This document shows, in pieces, positions 28,991-38,476 of a stretch of 64,000 nucleotides of DNA (its first letter is position 1; every line of letters starts with the position of its first letter). The stretch comes from an uncultured Christensenella sp. GTDB taxonomy: Bacteria > Bacillota > Clostridia > Christensenellales > UBA3700. The notes beneath the pieces are model-generated. The model made no database searches. It had not been told where the DNA came from and saw only the letters and a program-made list of their open reading frames with translations. Made by a program: the position numbers and the translations under genes. The stretch covers positions 35,457 through 99,456 of the forward strand of contig CAJTXS010000003.1 of the NCBI GenBank assembly GCA_910583735.1. Reading direction: 5' to 3'.

Positions 28991-29800
28991 ATGGGATTTT
29001 TGTGTTCAGGTATTTTCGCCGATCTCGCAAACGAATTCGGTGAAGACGTAGTCGTACTTGCAATGGCGATAGTTGTCGTGACTATCCTGATTGCGATTAT
29101 GACCGTAGCGGCGCTCATAGCGCGTATAAGAGTGATATATCTGTATTGGTTCGCCAACAGACATACGTCTTCGGGCGGTTACACTGGCGAGAGCGCGGCA
29201 AGGAAAGCGCTCGACGAGCTGGGATTTACCGACATACAGGTACGTAAGGCGGGCATATTCAGGACTATGATATTCGGCAACCACTACAACAGGTTCACCA
29301 AGACGATATGGCTGCGTCGCTCTACCATGTACGGCGACAACCTCACTTCCGTAGGTCTTGCCGTTCAGAAAGTAGGTCTTGTCATGCAGGACAAGAGAGA
29401 GGAAAAGGCTTTCCGCACTCGCAGTCTGTTGCAGATGATAGGCGTATTCGGACCTATCTTGTTTATTCCGCTCGTAATCGTGGGCGTGATAATCGATATC
29501 GCGACAGGCTTTACCAAGATACCTTCGCTTGCTCTGCTCGGCGTAGGACTTGCCTTCTTTATCTGCTCTTTCGTATTCACAATGCTCAATATACCCGTTG
29601 AGAAGAAGGCAAATAAGGAAGCGCTCGAGTTCCTGCAAGGCAGCGACATGCTCACCGAGGACGAGCAGCACGAAGTCGCCAAGGTACTCAGAGGTTACCT
29701 AATAGCGTACGTAATCGACTTCATAATCAACGTGCTCAAGCTCATACAGCTCATACTCAAGATTGTACTTCAAGTCGCATTGAGTAAGAAGAATAACTGA
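28991..29800 (+). CDS. Zn_peptidase_2 (YpjO/PF04298-like) membrane protein lacking the HExxH motif
   Basis: 269 aa. TGESAARKALDELGF...GNHYNRFTKTIWLRRSTMYGDNLTSVGLAVQKVGLVMQ follows the family layout. The position of AAHEvGHAiQ reads AVQKVGLVMQ. Confidence 0.6.
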   Translation: MGFLCSGIFADLANEFGEDVVVLAMAIVVVTILIAIMTVAALIARIRVIYLYWFANRHTSSGGYTGESAARKALDELGFTDIQVRKAGIFRTMIFGNHYNRFTKTIWLRRSTMYGDNLTSVGLAVQKVGLVMQDKREEKAFRTRSLLQMIGVFGPILFIPLVIVGVIIDIATGFTKIPSLALLGVGLAFFICSFVFTMLNIPVEKKANKEALEFLQGSDMLTEDEQHEVAKVLRGYLIAYVIDFIINVLKLIQLILKIVLQVALSKKNN

Positions 29801-29833
29801 TAGCTTTAAGACGGCTTTTCGGATAATAATGCG

Positions 29834-29866
29834 AGCCCGACCGATAGCGGTCGGGCTTGTTGTTTG
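29834..29866 (+). terminator. Rho-independent terminator
   Basis: AGCCCGACCG-ATAG-CGGTCGGGCT followed by TGTTGTTTG. Confidence 0.75.
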
Positions 29867-30187
29867 CAACGGCTGATTACCCTATTATATATAAGGTAAT
29901 TTCTCAAAAATAATTTCAAAGACTGATAAAATATGCGTTCGTTTAACGCAGGACATTACAAAAAGTAGGCGCATATAATCCTTGGCTTTTCCTATATAAT
30001 GCAGCGCACTGTACGGCTGTCAACCGAAGTCTGTCGGTATTATCGCGCGCAGGCTGCCGCGATATTGCATTGCTTTATGTCTATACCGTCATCGGGTCAA
30101 TATAACCGACGGCTCTGTTCGACCGATATTTCAAGGTAAAATATTTATATTAAGCAATATTAATGTCTGCGCGCACATAATAGCGGT

Positions 30188-31093
30188 ATGGCACTCAAGT
30201 TAAGACGCTTAAGTATATTTACGGCGATATTCGTTCTGCTCTGCGCCGCCTTTGTACCGCAGTTATATTTTGCATGCGCGCATACCCGAGCGAGCGCATT
30301 ATCCGAGGACTGCGTCGCCGCGGCGTTTAACTCGCAGCTTGCGGGCGAGAGCGTTAAGATTACCGCCGTGATGTATCACAGCGTACTTAAGAGCAAGTCG
30401 GGCAAGTACATCGTATCTCCCGATACGTTCGAGAACGATTTGCGAATCTATCGCGACAGGGGTTACGTATCCGTGCTGCCGTCGGAGATAGCGGCGTACG
30501 TGAGGGGCGAGGGAGATTTGCCTGTTAAGCCGCTGCTCATTACATTCGACGACGGACACTACAATAATCTGTATTATGCTCACGCTCTGCTGGAGAAGTA
30601 CGGCATGCGCGCGCTCATCTCGCCGATAGGAGCCTTCAGCGAGCACTCCGACTCCTCGGGCGACGACAGCAATCCCAACTACTCTCACCTCACCTGGGCG
30701 CAGATAGGCAAGATGGCAAGCAGCGGCGTGTGGGAAGTGGGCAATCACACTTACAATATGCACGCCTACAAGCCTCGCTTCGGCATAGCGCGCAAGGCGG
30801 GCGAGAGCGACGCGCAGTACATGCAGGCGCTCAGAGACGACATCGGCAGAATGCACGAGATGCTTAAGGTCAAGAGCGGAGTGAGCGTTAAGACATTCGC
30901 TTATCCCTTCGGCAGATACACGCCGCAGTCGGAGAAGGCGCTGAAAGAGATGGGCTACGAAATAACCCTGACCTGTAACGAGGGCAAGACGGAAGTGAGG
31001 CGAGGCAGTCCGGACAGCGCCTTCTATATCAAGAGATACAACAGAGACGGAGACAGGAGCGCGGATTGGCTGATAAAAAAATTGGCACTGTAA
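30188..31093 (+). CDS. Polysaccharide deacetylase (NodB homology domain), membrane anchored
   Basis: 301 aa. N-terminal TM helix. LITFDDGHYNN (the TFDDG motif) and later His motifs. Confidence 0.8.
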   Translation: MALKLRRLSIFTAIFVLLCAAFVPQLYFACAHTRASALSEDCVAAAFNSQLAGESVKITAVMYHSVLKSKSGKYIVSPDTFENDLRIYRDRGYVSVLPSEIAAYVRGEGDLPVKPLLITFDDGHYNNLYYAHALLEKYGMRALISPIGAFSEHSDSSGDDSNPNYSHLTWAQIGKMASSGVWEVGNHTYNMHAYKPRFGIARKAGESDAQYMQALRDDIGRMHEMLKVKSGVSVKTFAYPFGRYTPQSEKALKEMGYEITLTCNEGKTEVRRGSPDSAFYIKRYNRDGDRSADWLIKKLAL

Positions 31094-31130
31094 CTTGCAG
31101 TCGGCTATTGCGAGATGTTAAAATATAGAC

Positions 31131-32465
31131 ATGGATACAATAGCTGCGATATCCACGCCGCTCGGCAGCGGAGCGGTGGGGATAGTGAGATTGAGCGGAG
31201 ACGACGCTCTAAAGATAGCAGACGAGCTCTTTAGACCGTACAGGGCGGCGCGTCTTACGGATGTTGCGCCTAACGTAATGTGTCTCGGACAGCTCGATTG
31301 CGCGGGTATATCGGACAGATGTCTCGCGGTATATTTTGCCGCGCCCAATTCCTACACGGGCGAAGACGTGGCGGAGTTCCACTGCCACGGCGGAGTAAGT
31401 CTTATCAAGCGAGTGCTCGGCGGATGTCTCGAGCGCGGCGCAAGAGCCGCCGACAGAGGCGAATTCACAAGGCGCGCTTTCCTTAACGGCAAGCTCGCGC
31501 TCAGCGACGCGGAAGGCGTAGCGGATATGATTAACGCGGATAGCGCGGCGGCTATCAACGCGGGATACAGATTGGTTACAGGCAAGACCTCTGCCGCAAT
31601 CAAGGATATATCCGACAGACTGCTGGACAGCATATCGTATATGGAAGCAAGCCTCGACTATCCCGAGGAGATGGAAGAGGAAAGCCGACAGGACGCGCAA
31701 GATACGCTCGGCGCGTGCGTCGAGGAGCTTACCGCGCTGCTCTCTACCTGCGAGAGAGGCAGATATATCAAAGACGGCATTAAGGTCGCCATCATCGGCG
31801 TGACTAACGTGGGCAAGTCCTCGCTTTTCAACGCGCTCACGCAGTCGGACAGGGCGATAGTAACCGATATCGAAGGCACTACGCGCGACAGTATCGACGA
31901 GGTGATAGAGGCTGACGGTATAGCCTTGCGGCTGATAGACACCGCAGGCATACGCAAGAGCTGCGACAAGGTGGAGACCGCGGGAATAGAGCGCAGTAAA
32001 AAGCTCGCTGCGGGCAGCGACCTCGTACTGTTCGTTACAGACGGTTCCAGAGAGCTTACCGAGGAAGAGGAAGCGCTGCTTGACCGACTTAAAGCCGACG
32101 GCAAGAAGTTGATTATCGCAGTGAATAAGCGCGACCTGCCGCGTAAAAATTCTCTCCGAGGCATAGAGATAAGCGCCAAGACGGGAGAGGGTATCGACGA
32201 GATCAAGTCGGCTGCTGTCAAAGCGGTGCTCGACTGTAAGATAGACGCCGGAGCGGAAGTAATCACTTCCGAGCGGCATAAAGATGCCATGCAACGCGCC
32301 TTGGAGCACGTGGAGAGCGCGCGGCGCAGTCTTCATGACGCGCCCGCGGAGTGCACCCTGCTCGACATGCGCGCGGCGTACAGAGCGCTGGGCGAGATTA
32401 CGGGCGATACCGCGGATGAGAATATAATAGACAATATCTTTAAGAAGTTCTGTCTCGGCAAATAA
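31131..32465 (+). CDS. mnmE: tRNA modification GTPase MnmE
   Basis: 444 aa. N-terminal DTIAAISTP, G-domain GVTNVGKSSLFNAL, DTAGIR, and the C-terminal CLGK tail. Confidence 0.95.
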   Translation: MDTIAAISTPLGSGAVGIVRLSGDDALKIADELFRPYRAARLTDVAPNVMCLGQLDCAGISDRCLAVYFAAPNSYTGEDVAEFHCHGGVSLIKRVLGGCLERGARAADRGEFTRRAFLNGKLALSDAEGVADMINADSAAAINAGYRLVTGKTSAAIKDISDRLLDSISYMEASLDYPEEMEEESRQDAQDTLGACVEELTALLSTCERGRYIKDGIKVAIIGVTNVGKSSLFNALTQSDRAIVTDIEGTTRDSIDEVIEADGIALRLIDTAGIRKSCDKVETAGIERSKKLAAGSDLVLFVTDGSRELTEEEEALLDRLKADGKKLIIAVNKRDLPRKNSLRGIEISAKTGEGIDEIKSAAVKAVLDCKIDAGAEVITSERHKDAMQRALEHVESARRSLHDAPAECTLLDMRAAYRALGEITGDTADENIIDNIFKKFCLGK

Positions 32466-32483
32466 GCGCACGCGCTCCCGCGC

Positions 32484-34421
32484 TTGCCGCGGCGCGATGA
32501 CAAGAAGCTATGGCATATTAATTGTTGCCCGCGGCGGCACGAGTATGTTAAAATTATTACCGTGAGCACTAAGAGTTACGACGCGATTGTTATAGGCGGA
32601 GGACATGCCGGAGTGGAGGCTGCCCTCGCGCTTGCGCGTACGGGACACAAGACTCTTATGATGACGCTTACCCCCGACGCCATCGCGTATATGGCGTGCA
32701 ATCCCGCAATAGGCGGCACGGCTAAGGGGCATCTCGTGCGCGAGGTAGACGCGCTTGGCGGACAGATAGGCATCAATGCCGACGCCACCGCTCTACAGAT
32801 ACGCATGCTCAATACGGGCAAGGGCGAGGCGGTGCAGTCGCTGCGCGCTCAGGCGGATAAAATCGCCTATCATATGAATATGAAGAGGACGCTGGAGACG
32901 CAGCCCAACCTCGACATATTGCAGAGCGAAGCGAGCGAGATATTGACTGAGGGCGGCGCGGTATGCGGCGTAAAGACGGCGCTGGGCGATACATACTTTT
33001 CACCCGTAGCGGTTGTGGCGACGGGAGTGTATCTCAACGCCAACGTCGTAATAGGCGACTGGGTGCGCAAGACGGGACCGTCGGGCTTTTCGGCGGCGAC
33101 AATGCTAACGGACAACCTCATTGGGCTGGGGCTGGAGGTAAGGAGATTCAAGACAGGCACGCCCGCGCGAGTGGACGGCAAGACGCTGGATTACTCCAAG
33201 ATGAGCGTCCAGGAGGGCGAAGAGGGTATATATCCCTTTTCCTTTATGACAGACGGTTATATCGACAACATAAAGCCCTGCTATCTCACCTATACCACGG
33301 CGCAGACCAAGCAGATAATCCTGGACAATATACACCGCTCGCCCCTATACAACGGCTCTATCAAGAGCACGGGTCCGCGGTACTGCCCCTCTATCGAGGA
33401 CAAGATAATGCGCTTTGCCGATAAGGAAAGGCATCAGATATTTATAGAGCCGGAGAGCGCGTATACCGACGAGATGTATGTGCAAGGCATGTCCTCGTCG
33501 CTGCCCTTCGACGTGCAAGAGGCGATGTATCGCAGCGTAGAGGGCATGGAAAGGGCGCGCATAGTACGTTACGCCTACGCTATAGAGTACGATTGCATAG
33601 ACTCCACCGCCTTAACCTCGAGCCTTGCGGTCAAGGGAGTGGGCGGACTGTACGCCTGCGGACAGATTAACGGCTCGAGCGGTTACGAGGAGGCTGCGGC
33701 TCAAGGGCTGATGGCGGGTATCAACGCCGCCAACTATTTAAGAGGTATGCCCGCGCTCGTGCTGGGACGCGACGAAGCGTATGCGGGCGTATTGATAGAC
33801 GACCTCGTGACTAAGGGCACTAACGAGCCCTACCGAATGATGACCGCGAGGGCGGAACACAGACTGCATCTCAGGCAGGAGAACGCGGATATGCGTCTCA
33901 CGCAGAAAGGACGCGACGCGGGCTTGGTAGACGATGCGCGATACGAGAGATATCTCAAGCGCAAGGCGGAACTGGACGAGTACAGGGCGCGCCTTAAGGA
34001 CAGTCTGCCCGGGCAAGAGGCGCAGGCGTGTTGCCTTGCCGCGGGAATGCAGACAAATATGGGCGGCTCTGCGAGCGCCGAGGCTCTGATAAAGAGAGGG
34101 GTGCCTGCCGAGATAATAAGGCAATATACGGCGAGCTTTAAGGACTGCGGCGCGAGGACCATGGCGGAGCTTGCTACCGAGTGTAGATACGAAGGGTATC
34201 TCAAGAAGCAGATTGCCGCCATCGAACAAGAGAAAAAACTTGAACATAGGGCGCTTCCCGACGGAATAGATTATATTAACATGCACGGATTAAGGTTGGA
34301 AGCAAGACAAAAGCTGGACAAAATCAGACCTGCAAATTTAGGACAGGCGTCGAGGATATCGGGTGTATCTCCAGCAGATATAACGGTACTCATGGCATAT
34401 CTGTCCGTAAGGAGTAAATAA
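32484..34421 (+). CDS. mnmG: tRNA uridine 5-carboxymethylaminomethyl modification enzyme MnmG (GidA)
   Basis: FAD motif YDAIVIGGGHAGVEAA and strong GidA-like sequence throughout. The true start may be the GTG at 32562, since the first 26 codons look non-conserved. Confidence 0.93.
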   Translation: MPRRDDKKLWHINCCPRRHEYVKIITVSTKSYDAIVIGGGHAGVEAALALARTGHKTLMMTLTPDAIAYMACNPAIGGTAKGHLVREVDALGGQIGINADATALQIRMLNTGKGEAVQSLRAQADKIAYHMNMKRTLETQPNLDILQSEASEILTEGGAVCGVKTALGDTYFSPVAVVATGVYLNANVVIGDWVRKTGPSGFSAATMLTDNLIGLGLEVRRFKTGTPARVDGKTLDYSKMSVQEGEEGIYPFSFMTDGYIDNIKPCYLTYTTAQTKQIILDNIHRSPLYNGSIKSTGPRYCPSIEDKIMRFADKERHQIFIEPESAYTDEMYVQGMSSSLPFDVQEAMYRSVEGMERARIVRYAYAIEYDCIDSTALTSSLAVKGVGGLYACGQINGSSGYEEAAAQGLMAGINAANYLRGMPALVLGRDEAYAGVLIDDLVTKGTNEPYRMMTARAEHRLHLRQENADMRLTQKGRDAGLVDDARYERYLKRKAELDEYRARLKDSLPGQEAQACCLAAGMQTNMGGSASAEALIKRGVPAEIIRQYTASFKDCGARTMAELATECRYEGYLKKQIAAIEQEKKLEHRALPDGIDYINMHGLRLEARQKLDKIRPANLGQASRISGVSPADITVLMAYLSVRSK

Positions 34422-35107
34422 TGGACATATTGGACAGTTATCTCGAGCGCTACGGCATCGAGGACATCAGGGAAAAGCTCGATATTTTTTACGAAGAATT
34501 GATCGAGTGGAACGAGAAGTTTAATCTCACGTCGATTACGGACAGAGACGCCGTGTACGAGAAGCACTTTATCGACAGTCTCTTTGCCGTGACAAGGCTG
34601 CCCGAAGGCGCAAAGGTATGCGACATCGGCAGCGGAGCGGGACTGCCCGTCATCCCCCTCGCCTTGGCGCGTCCCGACTGCGAGTTTACTTCCGTGGACA
34701 GTCTCAACAAGCGCGTGGGCTTTATGGACCACATCATCGAAGAGCTGGAGATAGACAATTGCTCCGCATATCACGACAGGGCGGAAGATTGGGCTAAGGA
34801 GCACAGAGAGGAGTACGACGTATGCACTGCTCGCGCGGTTGCGCCGCTCAATATCTTGGCGGAGTACTGCATGCCTCTTGTCAAGGTGGGCGGAATTATG
34901 CTCGCCTATAAGGGCGCGGACGGCGCGAAGGAATTAAAGACAGCCGCCAAGGCGCTCACTCTGCTGGGCGCGGGCAACGTCAATACGCTCAGTACTACCC
35001 TGCCTTGCGGCGACCGCAGAATGATTATCATGGTGCAGAAGGTCAAGCCTACCCCCGCATCTTATCCCAGAGGCGGCAACAAGCCGAGACTGTCGCCGCT
35101 GATATAG
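34421..35107 (+). CDS. rsmG: 16S rRNA (guanine527-N7)-methyltransferase RsmG
   Basis: 228 aa. FNLTSITD and the SAM motif DIGSGAGLPVIPLA. Its start overlaps the mnmG stop. Confidence 0.92.
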   Translation: MDILDSYLERYGIEDIREKLDIFYEELIEWNEKFNLTSITDRDAVYEKHFIDSLFAVTRLPEGAKVCDIGSGAGLPVIPLALARPDCEFTSVDSLNKRVGFMDHIIEELEIDNCSAYHDRAEDWAKEHREEYDVCTARAVAPLNILAEYCMPLVKVGGIMLAYKGADGAKELKTAAKALTLLGAGNVNTLSTTLPCGDRRMIIMVQKVKPTPASYPRGGNKPRLSPLI

Positions 35108-35108
35108 G

Positions 35109-36182
35109 ATGTATGTAGAGAGCGTAAAACTTAATAATTTCCGCAACTACGAGGATAAGAAGGTATCCTTTAGCGACGGTTTGAATGCAATCGTGGGTAA
35201 GAACGCTACGGGCAAGACCAATCTGCTCGAGAGCGTATATATCTGCGGGCTGGGCAATTCCGCTCGTGTGAGCAGGGACAAAGACTGCATACGCTGGGGG
35301 TGCGACGGAGCCTATATCGGACTTAAGTTAATCAAGAAGTACCGCTCTCACACCATAGACATATATATCGACTCGAGGGAGAAGAAGAGGATTGCCATAG
35401 ACGGCATACCTATCAGCAGGATATCGCAGCTTATAGGCGTAATGAACGTGGTATTCTTCTCTCCCGACGAGATGAAACTCGTCAAGGACGCCCCGCAGGA
35501 GAGGCGGCGCTTTGCGGACATTTCGCTGTCGCAACAGTCGGCTAATTATCTGTATTCCCTCTCTCGTTACAACGCTGCGCTGATAAGGCGCAACAAGTTG
35601 CTCAAGACCTTGCCTGCGGGCGAGAAATTGCGACAGTCGTTGCAGGTGTGGGACACGCAGATAGCCGCCGAAGGCGCTAAGCTCATAGCGGCAAGATACG
35701 ACTTTGTAGACAAGCTCAAAGACTTTGCGCTCGAAAGGCATCTCAAGCTCACCGCGGGAGCGGAGAAGTTGGAGCTGAGCTACGAGAGCGGAATAGATAT
35801 GGGCGGGGTCAAAGATATCGAGGAGACGCTCATATCCAAGCTGGCAAGCTCGTACGAAAAGGACGCGCACCTGCAATACACGAGCGTGGGACCGCACAGG
35901 GACGACATAAAGATATCGGTAGACGGCATAGACGTACGCAAATACGGCTCGCAGGGACAGCAGCGCACGGCGGCGCTCTCGCTCAAGCTGTCCGAGATAT
36001 CGCTGTTTACTCACGAGACGGGCGAGACGCCTATATTGCTGCTCGACGACGTGCTGTCAGAGCTGGATAGGGATAGGCGCAATATGTTGCTTAGGGAGAC
36101 GTCGCAGTTGCAGACGATAATCACCTGCACGGAGTACGAAGAGAGCCTAGTTGCCAACATAATATCCACGGCGAGAGAGTAA
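35109..36182 (+). CDS. recF: DNA replication and repair protein RecF
   Basis: 357 aa. N-terminal NFRNY, Walker A GKNATGKTNLLE, signature SQGQQRTAALSLKL and Walker B LLLDDVLSELD. Confidence 0.93.
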   Translation: MYVESVKLNNFRNYEDKKVSFSDGLNAIVGKNATGKTNLLESVYICGLGNSARVSRDKDCIRWGCDGAYIGLKLIKKYRSHTIDIYIDSREKKRIAIDGIPISRISQLIGVMNVVFFSPDEMKLVKDAPQERRRFADISLSQQSANYLYSLSRYNAALIRRNKLLKTLPAGEKLRQSLQVWDTQIAAEGAKLIAARYDFVDKLKDFALERHLKLTAGAEKLELSYESGIDMGGVKDIEETLISKLASSYEKDAHLQYTSVGPHRDDIKISVDGIDVRKYGSQGQQRTAALSLKLSEISLFTHETGETPILLLDDVLSELDRDRRNMLLRETSQLQTIITCTEYEESLVANIISTARE

Positions 36183-36639
36183 GGAGCGTTAACGCGTTAT
36201 CCGCAATTGTCATTATTGCGGTAAGCAAATGCGCTAATCGATGCGGCAGCGTAACTCCCAAGCGATAACAACTCGATATCGGCAGTACTGAATTAATAGG
36301 GCGATATATCAATATATAGATTTATTAAAGGCTGAAAGACGTCGGCGCATTGACGGGTATGATATCCGTCGGTGCCTAAAGGCGATGTCGCAGTCTTTTT
36401 TACTGTGGCGAGATAAAGTAATGATTGTCGATAGAGACGCCTAAGTGCATAGTCGCGGTCGGTAGATTAAGAGTATGCGAGGCAAGAAAAAAGGAGAGCG
36501 ATTTGCTGCGGTCATAGCGTGAGCCGCGCCGCCCTCTACTGATTGAAAAGTAACGGTATATCATATATGCGGCGTTGCAATGCGTCTGCCCGCAATTAGG
36601 TATATAGCTAATCAAACGGCGGATATTATGCCCCGTAAG

Positions 36640-38118
36640 TTACTTGGCGACGGTCTGTCGCACGGCTTTCTCCCAGCCCAATATAAACTTGCTGCGCTCG
36701 CCCTTATCCATATCGGGCGTAAATATCTTCTCCGCCTGCTTATTGTCTCGCAACTGCTCGATATTGTCCCACATGCCTATGGTAAGTCCCGCAAGATACG
36801 CCGCGCCCAGCGAGGTGCTCTCCTTGACAACGGGTCGTACTACGCTGATACCCGATATGTCCGCCTGAAACTGCATGACGAAGTCGTTACAGCTAAGTCC
36901 GCCGTCCACATTGAGCGAATCTATCTTGATACCCGTATCCGCCTGAAGCGCGCGCAGTACGTCCATTACCTGATACGCCGCGCTCTCCTGCGCAGCTCTG
37001 ATAATGTGCTCGCGCGTTGTACCGCGCGTGATGCCCACGATAGTGCCCCTTGCCTCGCTGTCCCAGTGCGGAGCGCCTAAACCCACGAATGCGGGAACCA
37101 AGTATACTCCGCCGCTGTCGGAGAGCGACTGCGCGATTGCGGCGCACTCTGCGTCGTCGGTTGCGGCGCGCAGCCCTTCCTTGAGCCAAGTGATTACCGC
37201 GCCGCTGGAGAATACCGAGCCTTCGAGCACATAGTCGGGGCGGCTGTCTACGCATGCGGACAGAGTGGTGACCAGTCCGCGCTTGGATATGATGTTGCGG
37301 TTGCCCGTATTCATGAGCGTGAAGCAGCCCGTGCCGTAAGTGCTCTTAATGTCGCCCGCCCTGGTGCACAGCATGCCGAACAGCGCCGCCTGCTGATCGC
37401 CCGCAATCCCGCATATGGGTATGCGCTTGCCGAACAGCTCGGGCGTGGTATAGCCGTACAGATGTCCCGAGGGGTATACCTTGGGCAATACGGACTTGGG
37501 TATGCGGAATAGAGATAGCAGTCCGCTGTCCCACTTGAGTTCGTGTATATTGAACAGCATCGTGCGCGATGCGTTGGTATAGTCGGTGGCATGTACTCTG
37601 CAGCCTGTGAGCATGTACAACAGATAGCTGTCCATCGTGCCGATAAAGACGTTGCCGCCCGCGACATTGGCGCGGATAGCGGGCACGTTATCCATCAGCC
37701 ATCTGAATTTGGTTGCGGAGAAGTATGGGTCGACCTTAAGCCCCGTCCTGTCATAGATATAGTCCTCAAGCCCCTCTTCCTTAAGGCTGTCGCACATGGG
37801 CGAAGTGCGGCGGCATTGCCACACTACTGCGCCCGCGTAAGGCTGTCCGCCCTTGTCCCATATCACGGCGGTCTCGCGCTGATTGGCTATGCCGATTGCG
37901 AGGATATCGTCTACGGATATGCCGCTGTCAGCGATTACGGAGCGCGCGGCATCGAGCTGGTTGTTCCAGATATCTAAAGCGTCGTGCTCGACCCAGCCTC
38001 TGCGCGGATATATCTGCTTAACGTCGCGTCTTGCGATGGCGACGGGCTTGCCGTCCTCGCCGTACAGTACGGCGCGGCTGCCGGTGGTGCCTTGATCGAG
38101 CGATAGAATATACTTCAT
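36640..38118 (-). CDS. glpK: Glycerol kinase
   Basis: 492 aa. N-terminal YILSLDQGTTGSRAVLY and FGGY-family motifs throughout. Confidence 0.95.
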   Translation of the reverse strand: MKYILSLDQGTTGSRAVLYGEDGKPVAIARRDVKQIYPRRGWVEHDALDIWNNQLDAARSVIADSGISVDDILAIGIANQRETAVIWDKGGQPYAGAVVWQCRRTSPMCDSLKEEGLEDYIYDRTGLKVDPYFSATKFRWLMDNVPAIRANVAGGNVFIGTMDSYLLYMLTGCRVHATDYTNASRTMLFNIHELKWDSGLLSLFRIPKSVLPKVYPSGHLYGYTTPELFGKRIPICGIAGDQQAALFGMLCTRAGDIKSTYGTGCFTLMNTGNRNIISKRGLVTTLSACVDSRPDYVLEGSVFSSGAVITWLKEGLRAATDDAECAAIAQSLSDSGGVYLVPAFVGLGAPHWDSEARGTIVGITRGTTREHIIRAAQESAAYQVMDVLRALQADTGIKIDSLNVDGGLSCNDFVMQFQADISGISVVRPVVKESTSLGAAYLAGLTIGMWDNIEQLRDNKQAEKIFTPDMDKGERSKFILGWEKAVRQTVAK

Positions 38119-38121
38119 ACT

Positions 38122-38475
38122 TTACTCCCTTGAGTTGACTGTCGCGACGGCTATGAGGTCGCCCTCTCCGTCCTCGCCCGCCATAATTATCTCGCCCGCC
38201 TTTATGGGCGCGGAGAGTGCGAGAGAACGCGCCGCCGCTGCAATGTCCGCGATGCGCTCGCGCTTTACCGGCGAAGAGGTCCTTACCGCTATCACGTCCG
38301 CGTCGCCGCCCGTAATCGGCAGCGTCAGCGAGAAGTTGCGCATAGGACAGCTAAGCTCGCTTATGGCGTAGTCTCTGCCCCGCTTGCAGCCGTTGCCGGA
38401 CACGGTATAGCCATCGCCGCTATGGGCGATTTCGACAGTGCATCCTCTCGGACATACAATGCAGGTTACTTCCAT
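38122..38475 (-). CDS. DUF1667 domain protein (glycerol-3-P dehydrogenase accessory subunit)
   Basis: 117 aa. CIVCPRGC...GNGCKRGRDYA Cys pattern typical of DUF1667, in its usual operon context. Confidence 0.8.
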   Translation of the reverse strand: MEVTCIVCPRGCTVEIAHSGDGYTVSGNGCKRGRDYAISELSCPMRNFSLTLPITGGDADVIAVRTSSPVKRERIADIAAAARSLALSAPIKAGEIIMAGEDGEGDLIAVATVNSRE

Positions 38476-38476
38476 A

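Noticed and set aside
31209-32471. A 420-aa ORF antisense to mnmE. Similar long antisense ORFs occur at 1943-2758, 4553-5158, 6073-6954, 8251-9261, 10085-10693, 21511-22422, 22622-23470, 24080-24847, 35328-36014, 40555-41205 and 62881-63933.
   Set aside because: They lie entirely opposite genes with unmistakable family motifs. They have Arg/Ala/Leu-rich low-information translations typical of shadow ORFs in GC-balanced coding DNA, and they lack RBS and start context.
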